64,000 bases of DNA from contig OZ360236.1 of the NCBI GenBank assembly GCA_977017645.1, positions 37,944,001 through 38,008,000 of the forward strand, in the 5' to 3' direction. Each line of letters opens with the position of its first letter. The first letter of the stretch is position 1. Below are positions 13,493 through 24,624 of this stretch, piece by piece. A model generated the notes under the pieces. It ran no database searches. It had not been told where the DNA came from and saw nothing but the letters and a program-made list of their open reading frames with translations. This DNA is from Torpedo marmorata (Eukaryota). The translations under genes were made by a program, and so were the position numbers.

Positions 13493-15715
13493 TTGAGAAG
13501 TAAAACACGAAAATCTGTAGACACCGTGGTTGAAGTAAAAAACACAAATGCTGGAGAAACTCAGCAGGTCAAACAGTGTCTTTTATGTAGCAAAGGTAGA
13601 AATACATGACCGATGTTTCGGGCTTGAGCCCTTCATCAAAGTATGAGAAAATGCCGGCAGGCGTCCGAACAAAGGAGTGAGGGGGGAAGGGGGATGGCAA
13701 AGGCAGGAGATGATAGGTGGAGAAAGGAGGGAGGGGACAGCAGCAAAGAGGGGGAGGAGGGATGGCTGGGTGGGTGGAAAAAAACAGGAAGGACAGGTGA
13801 GAGGGGGGAGGGGAAGGGAACGACAAGCAGGTTTAGTGGAAAGCAGAAAAGTCAATGTTAATGCCATCTGGCTGGAGAGTGCCGAGACGGAATATGAGAT
13901 GTTGTTCCTCCAATTGGGGGTAGTCTGGGTGGGATAGTACATGAGGCCATGGACAGACATGTGAGTGTGGGAGTGTGACCCGGAATTGAAATGGTTGGCT
14001 ACTGGGAGGTCGCTGTTGTTGCGGACGGAGAGGAGGTGCTCAGCAAAGCGGTCTCCCAATCTACGACCGGTCTCTCCAATGTATAGAAATCCACAAAGGG
14101 AGCACCGGATGCAGTAAATAAGTTATCTGGATGTACAAGTGAAGTGTAGTTTCACTTGGAAGGCCTGTTTGGGGCCCTGGACCGTGGTGAGGGGGGAGGT
14201 GTGGGCGCAGGTGTTGCACCTCCTGCGGGCACAGGGGAAGGTTCCGGGGGTGCGATGGGTGGGGAGGGATGAGTGCACGAGTGAATCGCGGAGGGAGCGG
14301 TCCCTACAGAAGGCCGAGAGGGGAGGAGAAGGAAAAATGTGTCTGGTGGTGGGATCCTGTAGTAAGTGCCGGAAATTCCGGCGGATAATGTGTTGGATGC
14401 GGAGGCTGGTGGGGTGGTAGGTGAGGATGAGGGGGATTCTATGTTTGTTGCGTCTGGGGGCAGAGGGGGCCAGGGCAGATGAGCGGGAAATGGAGGAGAT
14501 GCGGGTGAGGGCTGAGTTGATGGTGGTGGAGGGGAAGCCACGTTTGTGGAAAAAGGCAGACATTTCAGAAGATCTGGAGTGGAACACCTCATCTTGGGAA
14601 CAGATGCGGCGGAGGCGCAGAAATTGAGAGAAGGGGATGGAGTCCTTGCAGGGGACAGGGTGTGAGGATGTGTAGTCCAGATAGTTGTGGGAGTTGGAGG
14701 GTTTGTAGTAAATGTCGGTGGAAAGCTTGTCTCCCGAGATGGAGACAGAGAGATCCAGGAAGGGGAGAGTGTTATCGGAGATGGACCAGGTGAGTTTGAG
14801 ATCGTGGTGAAAGTTGGATGCAAAGTGGATGAAGTTGACAAGCTCATGGCGGGTGCATAAGGCAGCCCCGATGTAGTCGTCAATATACCAGAGGAAGAGA
14901 TGAGGGGTCTTGCCTGTGTAGGCTTGCAGCATGGATTGCTCCACAAAGCCCACAAACAGGAAGGCGTAGCTGGGACGCATGTGGGTACCCATGGCTACTC
15001 CTTTGATTTGGAGGAAGTGGGATGAGTTGAATGAGAAATTATTGAGAGTGAGGACAAGTTCTGCCAGGCGGAGGAGGGTGGTGGTAGAGGGTGACTGGTC
15101 GGGTCTTTGGTGCAGGAAGAAGCGAAGTGCTTTCAGACCTTCTGTGTGGGGGATAGAGGTATAAAGGGATTGGACATCCATGGTGAAGATGATGCGGTCC
15201 GGTTCAGGGAATCTGAAGTCATTGAGGAGATGGAGGGCATGTGACGTGTCGTGGATGTAGGTGGGGAGGGATTGGACCAGGGGAGAAAAGATGGAGTCAA
15301 GGTAAGATGAAACTAGTTCGGTGGGGCAGGAGCAGGCAGAAACAATGGGTCGGCCCGGATGGTTGGGTTTGTGTATCTTGGGTAGAAGGTAGAAACAGGC
15401 AGTGCGGGGGTGGGGGAGAATGAGGTTGGTGGCCGTGGAGGGGAGGTGACCGTAGGTGATGAGGTCGGAGATGGTGTTGGAGATAGTGGCGTGATGTGCA
15501 GTGGTGGGGTCCTGTGGGAGGGGTCGGTAGGAGGAGGTGTCTGAGAGATGTCGACTGGCCTCGGCAAGATAGAGGTCAGTGCGCCAGACCACAACCGCAC
15601 CGCCCTTGTCTGCGGGATTGATGGTGAGGTTGGGATTGTTGCGGAGAGAGTGGAGGGCAGAGCGTTCTGAGGAGGTGAGGTTGGAATACGAGAGGGGGGT
15701 GGTGAAGTTGAGACG
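13493..15715 (-). mobile_element. 5'-truncated Penelope-like element (Neptune type)
   Basis: RT (ADKGG, KIHK, YIDD), CxxxxCxxC linker and GIY-YIG domain interrupted by a stop at 14123; 3' pLTR region present. TSD gtgtactgta at 13483-13492 and 15716-15725. Confidence 0.9.
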
Positions 15716-15802
15716 GTGTACTGTACTGGCTTCCTTTCCTCTTCCCTCTCCGTCCTGATGCAAGGTCTTAACCTGAAAGGTCATCATCTTCTGCCTCCAC
15801 AG

Positions 15803-17540
15803 GCGAGCAAATAATATGAAAGAGGATACAAAAAGCTTCTTCAAGTATACAAGGAGTAAAAGAAAGGTGAGAGTAGACATAGGACCACTATAAAAATGAT
15901 GCTGGAGAAATAATAATGGAAAACAAGGAGGTGGCAGAGGAGCTAAATGAGTATTTTGCATCAGTCTGCACTGTGGAAGACATTAGCAGTGTGCCGGCTG
16001 TCCAACGATATCAGGGAAGGGAAGTGAGTGCAGCAACTATTTCAAGGAGAAGGTACTCAGAAAGCTGAATGATCTAAGGGTAGATAAGTCTCCCAGACCA
16101 GATGGATTGCACCTTCAGGTTCTAAAAGCAGTAGCTCTAGAGATTGTGGAGACATTGGTAATGATCTTTCAGGAATCAATAGATTCTGGCATGGTCCCGG
16201 AGGACTGGAAAATCGCAAATGTCACCCCACTATTTAAGGAGGTAGCAGAAAAGAAATTATAAACCAGTTAGCCTGACATCCGTGGTTGGAAAGATGTTAG
16301 AGTCAATTGTCAAGGATGAGGTTGCGGAGTACAGAGGCACATGACAAGAATGGCCAAAGCCAACATGGTTTCCTTAAGGGAAAATCTTGCTTGACAAACC
16401 TACTGGAATTCTTTGAAGAAGTGCCCGAGCAGGCTAGATAAAGGATGCTGTGTATTTGAATTTTCAGAAGGCCTTTGACAAGGTGCCGCACATGAGGCTA
16501 CTTAACAAGATAAGAGCCCATGGTATAACAGGAAACATGCTAGCGTGGGTAGAGCATTGCTGATTGGCAGGAGGCAGAGAATCTGAATACAGGGATGATA
16601 TTCTGGTTGGCTGCCAGTTGCTAGTGGTGTTCCACAGGGATCGGTGTTGGGGACGCTTCTTTTTATGATGTATATCAATGATTATGGAATGATGGCCACA
16701 AAGATTGCAGATGATACGAAGGTAGGTGGAGGAGCTGGTAGTGTTGAGGAAACAGACAGAAATAAACGGGCAGACTATTTTCTAAATGGGGAGAAGATTG
16801 AAAATTCCCAGATGCAAATGGACCTGGGAGTCCTCTTTCAGGACACCCTGTAGGTAAACTTCCAGGTTGAGTCAGTGGTGAAGAAGGCAAATGCAATGGC
16901 GGCATTTATTTCAAGAGGAATAGAAAATAAGAGCAGGGATGTGATGTTGAGGCTTTATAAAGGAACTGGTGAGACCTCACTTGAGTATTGTGAGCAGTAT
17001 TGGGCTCCTCATTTAAGAACGGATGTGCTGACGTTAGAGAGGATTCAGAGGAGCTTCATAAGGATGATTCAGGGAATGAAAGGGTTATCATACGAGGAAC
17101 ATTTGACGGCTCTTGGCCCGTACTCGTTAGAATTTAGGAGAATTAGGGGGGGATCTCATTGAAACATTTCAAATGTTGAAAAGTATGGACAGATTAGATG
17201 TAGAAAGGTTGTCTCGCATGGTGGGAGAGTTGAGGACAAGTGGGTACCACTTCAGGATTGAAGGCATTAACTAAGAAGAGAGGTGCGGAGGGATTTCTTT
17301 AACTGGAGGGTGGTGAATCTGTGGAATTTGTTGCCACAGGTGGTTGTGGAGGCCAAGTCATTGGGTGTATTTAAGGCAGTGATTGATAGGTACTTGATTA
17401 GCCAGGGCATCAAAGGTTATGGGAGGAAGGCCGGGTAGTGGGGCTGAGTGGGAAAATGGATCAGCTTATGACTGAATGGCAGGGCAGACTCAATGGGCTG
17501 AATGGCCTATTCTGCTCCTATGTCTTATGGTCTTATGGTG
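15803..17540 (+). mobile_element. 5'-truncated CR1 LINE, degenerate
   Basis: PEDWKIANVTPLFK, ADDTK and LEYCEQYWAPH motifs; 3' end tctgctcctatgtcttatggtcttatgg. Confidence 0.88.
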
Positions 17541-18433
17541 TTGTTTGCTAGATCATCCGAGATGTCCTCCTTCAAAAAAACACCATTAACTCTGCCCTCA
17601 CCCACATATCCTCCATTAAACCCACACATCTACCCTGGCCCTCTCCGCCCCCACGTGCAACAAGGACTGGACTCCCCTTGTCCTCAGCTACCACTCCACC
17701 AGCCTCCGCATCCAACACATCATCCTCCACTATTTCTGCCACCTTCTACGTGATCCTACCAGCAGACACATTTTCCCTTCTCCCCTCTCCGCTTTACGCA
17801 GGGACCGCTCCCTCCATGACTCCCTTGTACCCTCCTCCCTTCCAACCAATCGCCCCCTTGACACCTACCCCTAAGACTGCAGGAGGTGCTGCACTTACGC
17901 CAACACCTCCTCCCTCAACACCATTTGGAGCCCCAAGCAACGCTTCACGTGAACCTGCAGGAGTCATCTACTGTATCCGATGCTCCCCTTGTGGTCTCCT
18001 CTACATTAGAGAGACTGGACGCAGACTGGGAGATTGTTTCATTGAGCGCATCGGCTCAAAAGCGGGGATCTCTCAGTGGCCACACATTTCAATTCCCCAC
18101 CCCATTCCCTTGCTGACATGTCTGTCCATGGTCTCATGCATTACCAGACTGAGACCACCCACAAGTTGGAGAAACAATACCTCAATATTCTGTCTGGACA
18201 CCCTCCAACTGGATGGCATTAACTGACTTCTCTGGTTTCCATTAGCCCCCCCCCCCCACCACCCCATCTATCCCTATGTCTCCTTTCCTCTAGCTCTATC
18301 TCTCTCTCTCTCTTCTGTTTTTCCTCTGTCTCCTTTACCCAGCTCTGCATTCACAGAGCCAAACACCCACCTCCCCCAATCTATTCTCACCTTTCCTCTC
18401 TCCTCTCCTTATATCCATATCCAATTAACACCT
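17541..18433 (+). mobile_element. Older degenerate PLE 3' fragment (continues at 23899-24130)
   Basis: ORF 17678-18226 contains a decayed GIY-YIG (VIYCIRC...LYIRETGRRLGD); split by the palindromic insertion. Confidence 0.8.
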
Positions 18434-18719
18434 AGTAAAAAACACAAAAGCTGGAGAACTCAGCAGGTCAAACAGTGTCTTTTATGTAGCAAAGGTAGAA
18501 ATACATAACCGACGTTTCGGGCTTGAGCCCTTCATCAAAGTATGAGAAAATGCCGGCAGGCGTCCGAACAAAGGAGTGAGGGGGGAAGGGAGGTGGCAAA
18601 GGCAGGAGATGATAGGTGGAGAAAGGAGGGAGGGGACAGCAGCAAAGAGGGGGAGGAGGGATGGCTGGGTGGGTGGAAAAAAACAGGTGAGGGGGGAGGG
18701 GAAGGGAACAACAAACAGG

Positions 18720-21225
18720 TTAGTGGAAAGCAGAAAAGTCAATGTTAATGCCATCTGGCTGGAGAGTGCCGAGACGGAATATGAGATGTTGTTCCTCCAA
18801 TTTGCGGGTAGTCTGGGTGGGATAGTACATGAGGCCATGGACAGACATGTGAACGTGGGAGTGTGACCCAGAATTGAAATGGTTGGCTACTGGGAGGTCG
18901 CTGTTGTTGCGGACGGAGAGGAGGTGCTCAGCAAAGCGGTCTCCCAATCTACGACCGGTCTCTCCAATGTATAGAAAGCCACAAAGGGAGCACCGGATGC
19001 AGTAGATAAGTCCTTTGGATGTACAAGTGAAGTGTAGTTTCACTTGGAAGGCCTGTTTGGGGCCCTGGACCGTGGTGAGGGGGGAGGTGTGGGCGCAGGT
19101 GTTGCACCTCCTGCGGGCACAGGGGAAGGTTCCGGGGGTGCGATGGGTGGGGAGGGACGAGTGCACGAGTGAATCGCGGAGGGAGCGGTCCCTGCGGAAG
19201 GCCGAGAGGGGAGGAGAAGGAAAAATGTGTCTGGTGGTGGGATCCTGCAGCAAGTGCCGGAAATTCCGGCGGATAATGTGTTGGACGCGGAGGCTGGTGG
19301 GGTGGTAGGTGAGGATGAGGGGTACTCTATGTTTGTTGCGTCTGGGGGCAGAGGGGGCCAGGGCAGATGAGCGGGAAATGGAGGAGATGCGGGTGAGGGC
19401 TGAGTTGATGGTGGTGGAAGGGAAGCCACGTTTGTGGAAAAAGGCAGACATTTCAGAAGATCTGGAGTGGAACACCTCATCTTGGGAACAGATGTGGCGG
19501 AGGCGGAGAAATTGAGAGAAGGGGATGGAGTCCTTGCAGGGGACAGGGTGTGAGGTTGTGTAGTCCAGATAGTTGTGGGAGTTGGAGGGTTTGTAGTAAA
19601 TGTCGGTGGAAAGCTTGTCTCCCGAGATGGAGACAGAGAGATCCAGGAAGGGGAGAGTGTTATCGGAGATGGACCAGGTGAGTTTGAGATCGTGGTGAAA
19701 GTTGGATGCGAAGTGGATGAAGTTGACAAGCTCATCGTGGGTGCATGAGGCAGCCCCGATGTAGTCGTCGATATACCGGAGGAAGAGATGAGGGGTCTTG
19801 CCTGTGTAGGCTTGCAGCATAGATTGCTCCACAAAGCCCACAAACAGGCAGGCGTAGCTGGGACCCATGCGGGTACCCATGGCTACTCCTTTGATTTGGA
19901 GGAAGTGGGATGAGTTGAAGGAGAAGTTATTGAGAGTGAGGACAAGTTCTGCCAGGCGGAGGAGGGTGGTAGTAGAGGGTGACTGGTCGGGTCTTTGGTC
20001 CAGGAAGAAGCGAAGTGCTTTCAGACCTTCTGTGTGGGGGATAGAGGTATAAAGGGATTGGACATCCATGGTGAAGATGATGCGGTCCGGTTCAGGGAAT
20101 CTGAAGTCATTCAGGAGATGGAGGGCATGTGAGGTGTCGCGGATGTAGGTGGGGAGGGATTGGACCAGGGGAGAAAAGATGGAGTCAAGGTAAGATGAAA
20201 CTAGTTCGGTGGGGCAGGAGCAGGCAGAAACAATGGGTCTGCCCGGATGGTTGGGTTTGTGTATCTTGGGTAGAAGGTAGAAACGGGCAGTGCGGGGGTG
20301 GGGGAGAATGAGGTTGGTGGCCATGGAGGGGAGGTGACCATAGGTGATGAGGTCGGAGATGGTGTTGGAGACAGTGGCTTGATGTGCTGTGGTGGGGTCC
20401 TGTGGGAGGGGTAGGTAGGAGGAGGTGTCTGAGAGTTGTCGACTGGCCTCGGCAAGGTAGAGGTCAGTGCGCCAGACCACAACCGCACCGCCCTTGTCTG
20501 CGGGTTTGATGGTGAGGTTGGGATTGTTGCGGAGAGAGTGGAGGGCAGAGCGTTCTGAGGAAGTGAGGTTGGAATACGAGAGGGGGGTGGTGAAGTTGAG
20601 ACGGTTGATGTCTTGGCGGCAGTTGGAAATAAAAAGGTCCAGAGCGGGCAGCTGGCCCGGGCGGGGTGTCCAGGAAGAGGAAGAAGGCTTGAAGCGGGAG
20701 AAAGGGTCTAGGGTGGGGGGTGGAGAATCACGGTCATGGAAGTGAGCACGGAGGCGGAGGCGACGGAAGAAGAGTTCAGCATCATGGCGTGCGCGGAACT
20801 CGTTGAGGTGTGGGCGGAGGGGGACGAAGGTGAGGCCTCTACTGAGGACGGAGCGCTCCGTCTCAGAGAGGGGAAGGTCGGAGGGGATAGTAAAAACCAA
20901 GCAGGGGTTAGAGTGGGGATCGGTGTCGTGGAGGGTGTTGGGGGGAGGGGGAGGGTTGGGGGGGTCAGAGGGGGGAGGTGGAGGGTGGGGGAGGTTGGAG
21001 GGAGTCGGAGGGGGGAGGTGGGGGGTAGGAGGGTGGGAGAGGGGGGTAGGGAGGGTAGCCAGAGAGAGGGGGGGAATGGAGGTACGGGAAGGGATGAGGT
21101 CTGAGGGTTGGGGAGGAGAGTGGGGCAGAGAGGGGGAGATGGGGGTGGAGTAGGGAGAGGTGCAGGAGGAGAGGGAAGGAGTAGTGAGGGGGATAGGTAA
21201 GTGGGATATTGTTGCAGGATGAGGA
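18720..21225 (-). CDS. PLE RT + GIY-YIG endonuclease, left arm (open frame, 5' truncated)
   Basis: Uninterrupted frame with a Pro-rich N-terminus, LSRGLTFVP, ADKGG, GVAMG, RYIDD, CARRRCNTC and LIYCIRC...YIGETGR. No natural ATG identified. Confidence 0.88.
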
Positions 21226-21387
21226 CTCCCTACCCCCCTCTCCCACCCTCCTACCTCCCCTACCCCCCACCTCCCCCCTCCGACTCCCTCCAACCTCCCC
21301 CACCCTCCACCTCCCCCCTCTGACCCCCCCAACCCTCCCCCTCCCCCCAACACCCTCCACGACACCGATCCCCACTCTAACCCCTGC

Positions 21388-23568
21388 TTGGTTTTTACTA
21401 TCCCCTCCGACCTTCCCCTCTCTGAGACGGAGCGCTCCGTCCTCAGTAGAGGCCTCACCTTCGTCCCCCTCCGCCCACACCTCAACGAGTTCCGCGCACG
21501 CCATGATGCTGAACTCTTCTTCCGTCGCCTCCGCCTCCGTGCTCACTTCCATGACCGTGATTCTCCACCCCCCACCCTAGACCCTTTCTCCCGCTTCAAG
21601 CCTTCTTCCTCTTCCTGGACACCCCGCCCGGGCCAGCTGCCCGCTCTGGACCTTTTTATTTCCAACGGCCGCCGAGACATCAACCGTCTCAACTTCACCA
21701 CCCCCCTCTCGTATTCCAACCTCACTTCCTCAGAACGCTCTGCCCTCCACTCTCTCCGCAACAATCCCAACCTCACCATCAAACCCGCAGACAAGGGCGG
21801 TGCGGTTGTGGTCTGGCGCACTGACCTCTACCTTGCCGAGGCCAGTCGACAACTCTCAGACACCTCCTCCTACCTACCCCTCCCACAGGACCCCACCACA
21901 GCACATCAAGCCACTGTCTCCAACACCATCTCCGACCTCAGCACCTACGGTCACCTCCCCTCCATGGCCACCAACCTCATTCTCCCCCACCCCCGCACTG
22001 CCCGTTTCTACCTTCTACCCAAGATACACAAACCCAACCATCCGGGCAGACCCATTGTTTCTGCCTGCTCCTGCCCCACCGAACTAGTTTCATCTTACCT
22101 TGACTCCATCTTTTCTCCCCTGGTCCAATCCCTCCCCACCTACATCCGCGACACCTCACATGCCCTCCATCTCCTGAATGACTTCAGATTCCCTGAACCG
22201 GACCGCATCATCTTCACCATGGATGTCCAATCCCTTTATACCTCTATCCCCCACACAGAAGGTCTGAAAGCACTTCGCTTCTTCCTGGACCAAAGACCCG
22301 ACCAGTCACCCTCTACTACCACCCTCCTCCGCCTGGCAGAACTTGTCCTCACTCTCAATAACTTCTCCTTCAACTCATCCCACTTCCTCCAAATCAAAGG
22401 AGTAGCCATGGGTACCCGCATGGGTCCCAGCTACGCCTGCCTGTTTGTGGGCTTTGTGGAGCAATCTATGCTGCAAACCTACACAGGCAAGACCCCTCAT
22501 CTCTTCCTCCGGTATATCGACGACTACATCGGGGCTGCCTCATGCACCCATGATGAGCTTGTCAACTTCATCCACTTCGCATCCAACTTTCACCACGATC
22601 TCAAACTCACCTGGTCCATCTCCGATAACACTCTCCCCTTCCTGGATCTCTCTGTCTCCATCTCGGGAGACAAGCTTTCCACCGACATTTACTACAAACC
22701 CTCCAACTCCCACAACTATCTGGACTACACATCCTCACACCCTGTCCCCTGCAAGGACTCCATCCCCTTCTCTCAATTTCTCCGCCTCCGCCGCATCTGT
22801 TCCCAAGATGAGGTGTTCCACTCCAGATCTTCTGAAATGTCTGCCTTTTTCCACAAACGTGGCTTCCCTTCCACCACCATCAACTCAGCCCTCACCCGCA
22901 TCTCCTCCATTTCCCGCTCATCTGCCCTGGCCCCCTCTGCCCCCAGACGCAACAAACATAGAGTACCCCTCATCCTCACCTACCACCCCACCAGCCTCCG
23001 CGTCCAACACATTATCCGCCGGAATTTCCGGCACTTGCTGCAGGATCCCACCACCAGACACATTTTTCCTTCTCCTCCCCTCTCGGCCTTCCGCAGGGAC
23101 CGCTCCCTCCGCGATTCACTCGTGCACTCGTCCCTCCCCACCCATCGCACCCCCGGAACCTTCCCCTGTGCCCGCAGGAGGTGCAACACCTGCGCCCACA
23201 CCTCCCCCCTCACCACGGTCCAGGGCCCCAAACAGGCCTTCCAAGTGAAACTACACTTCACTTGTACATCCAAAGGACTTATCTACTGCATCCGGTGCTC
23301 CCTTTGTGGCTTTCTATACATTGGAGAGACCGGTCGTAGATTGGGAGACCGCTTTGCTGAGCACCTCCTCTCCGTCCGCAACAACAGCGACCTCCCAGTA
23401 GCCAACCATTTCAATTCTGGGTCACACTCCCACGCTCACATGTCTGTCCATGGCCTCATGTACTATCCCACCCAGACTACCCGCAAATTGGAGGAACAAC
23501 ATCTCATATTCCGTCTCGGCACTCTCCAGCCAGATGGCATTAACATTGACTTTTCTGCTTTCCACTAA
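21388..23568 (+). CDS. PLE RT + GIY-YIG endonuclease, right arm (open frame, 5' truncated)
   Basis: 726-aa frame with the same motifs; only a handful of amino-acid differences from the left arm. Confidence 0.9.
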   Translation: MVFTIPSDLPLSETERSVLSRGLTFVPLRPHLNEFRARHDAELFFRRLRLRAHFHDRDSPPPTLDPFSRFKPSSSSWTPRPGQLPALDLFISNGRRDINRLNFTTPLSYSNLTSSERSALHSLRNNPNLTIKPADKGGAVVVWRTDLYLAEASRQLSDTSSYLPLPQDPTTAHQATVSNTISDLSTYGHLPSMATNLILPHPRTARFYLLPKIHKPNHPGRPIVSACSCPTELVSSYLDSIFSPLVQSLPTYIRDTSHALHLLNDFRFPEPDRIIFTMDVQSLYTSIPHTEGLKALRFFLDQRPDQSPSTTTLLRLAELVLTLNNFSFNSSHFLQIKGVAMGTRMGPSYACLFVGFVEQSMLQTYTGKTPHLFLRYIDDYIGAASCTHDELVNFIHFASNFHHDLKLTWSISDNTLPFLDLSVSISGDKLSTDIYYKPSNSHNYLDYTSSHPVPCKDSIPFSQFLRLRRICSQDEVFHSRSSEMSAFFHKRGFPSTTINSALTRISSISRSSALAPSAPRRNKHRVPLILTYHPTSLRVQHIIRRNFRHLLQDPTTRHIFPSPPLSAFRRDRSLRDSLVHSSLPTHRTPGTFPCARRRCNTCAHTSPLTTVQGPKQAFQVKLHFTCTSKGLIYCIRCSLCGFLYIGETGRRLGDRFAEHLLSVRNNSDLPVANHFNSGSHSHAHMSVHGLMYYPTQTTRKLEEQHLIFRLGTLQPDGINIDFSAFH

Positions 23569-23742
23569 CCTGTTTGTTGTTCCCTTCCCCTCCCCCCTCA
23601 CCTGTTTTTTTCCACCCACCCAGCCATCCCTCCTCCCCCTCTTTGCTGCTGTCCCCTCCCTCCTTTCTCCACCTATCATCTCCTGCCTTTGCCACCTCCC
23701 TTCCCCCCTCACTCCTTTGTTCGGACGCCTGCCGGCATTTTC

Positions 23743-23785
23743 TCATACTTTGATGAAGGGCTCAAGCCCGAAACGTCGGTTATGT
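23743..23785 (+). ncRNA. Minimal hammerhead-ribozyme-like motif in the PLE pLTR
   Basis: TTGATGA-A-GGGCT-CA-AGCCC-GAAA-CGTC. PLEs are known to carry minimal type I hammerheads. Variant core (U at C3, extra A before stem II). Mirror copy on the minus strand at 18511-18538. Confidence 0.7.
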
Positions 23786-24224
23786 ATTTCTACCTTTCCT
23801 ACATAAAAGACATTGTTTGACCTGCTGAGTTCTCCAGCTTTTGTGTTTTTTACTACATTATTACGGTGTCTACAGATTTTCGTGTTTACTTTTTACTTTC
23901 CAATTAACACCTTTTGTCTGTTGGTCTGTCCTCCTTCCCCTGCCCTTTCTTTCATTCTCCTCCAGCCTTTTAATTCAGGTGCCTGCTTGCCTTTTACTCA
24001 TACCTTGAAGAAGGGCTCAGAGCAGGAACAATTGTTATATATCTTTACCTCCTATGGACGCTGTGAGACCTGCTGAGTATTTCTGTGTTTTTACTACAAT
24101 CACAGCGTCTGCAGACTTTTGTGATCCACTCTTATGGTGTTGCTTGACCAGCTGAGTTCTACCAGTGTCATGTTTTTGATAGATAATAAAAGTTTAACTC
24201 AAAAAGCAGAACAAAAACACAAAA

Positions 24225-24624
24225 CCTAATATACCATTGGGCACTCTCCAACCAGATGGCATTAACATCGACTTCTCCAGTTTCTGTTAGGCCCTCCTCT
24301 GTCTCTCTCTCTCTCTCTGTCTATCTGTCGGTCTCTCTCTCTCTTTCTCTCTCTCTCTCTTTCCTATCCCTCTGTCTCCTTTCCTCCAGCTCCCTACCCC
24401 CTTCCCTCACCATTCAGAGAACTACCCCCTCCCCCTATCAATTCTCAGCTTTTTTCTCTTCTGTCCTCCCACCCATACTACCTATGGCCTCTTGCCTGTT
24501 GGCCTGTGCTCCACACCACCCCACCCCTCGCCACTTCTTCCCTCCTCACCCTACCTTTTTATTCAGGCACCTGCCTGCAATCTGCTCATTCCTTGATGAA
24601 GGCTCAGCCCCCAAAACATTGGTT
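24225..24624 (+). mobile_element. Old PLE 3' end/pLTR fragment interrupted by the Gypsy element (resumes 29344-29420)
   Basis: LGTLQPDGINIDFS-type end, CT-rich UTR and a decayed hammerhead motif at about 24591-24620. Confidence 0.7.

Larger units (their letters stand above)
18434..23898. mobile_element. Head-to-head palindromic pair of Neptune-type PLEs
   Basis: Arms of about 18434-21053 and 21226-23855 are near-perfect reverse complements. 14-bp TSD tccaattaacacct at 18420-18433 and 23899-23912. Confidence 0.93.

Noticed and set aside
15716-15961. N-terminal extension of ORF 14123-15961 as a fusion protein
   Set aside because: Chance in-frame read-through from antisense CR1 and flank into a 5'-truncated PLE.
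21226-21485. Gly-rich N-terminus of the 921-aa ORF as a novel domain
   Set aside because: It is antisense read-through of the right palindrome arm, not real coding sequence.
18434-23898. Palindrome as an assembly or fold-back read artifact
   Set aside because: The arms carry distinct substitutions and an indel, the outer ends are asymmetric, and one TSD joins two halves of an older element. Considered unlikely but not excluded without reads.
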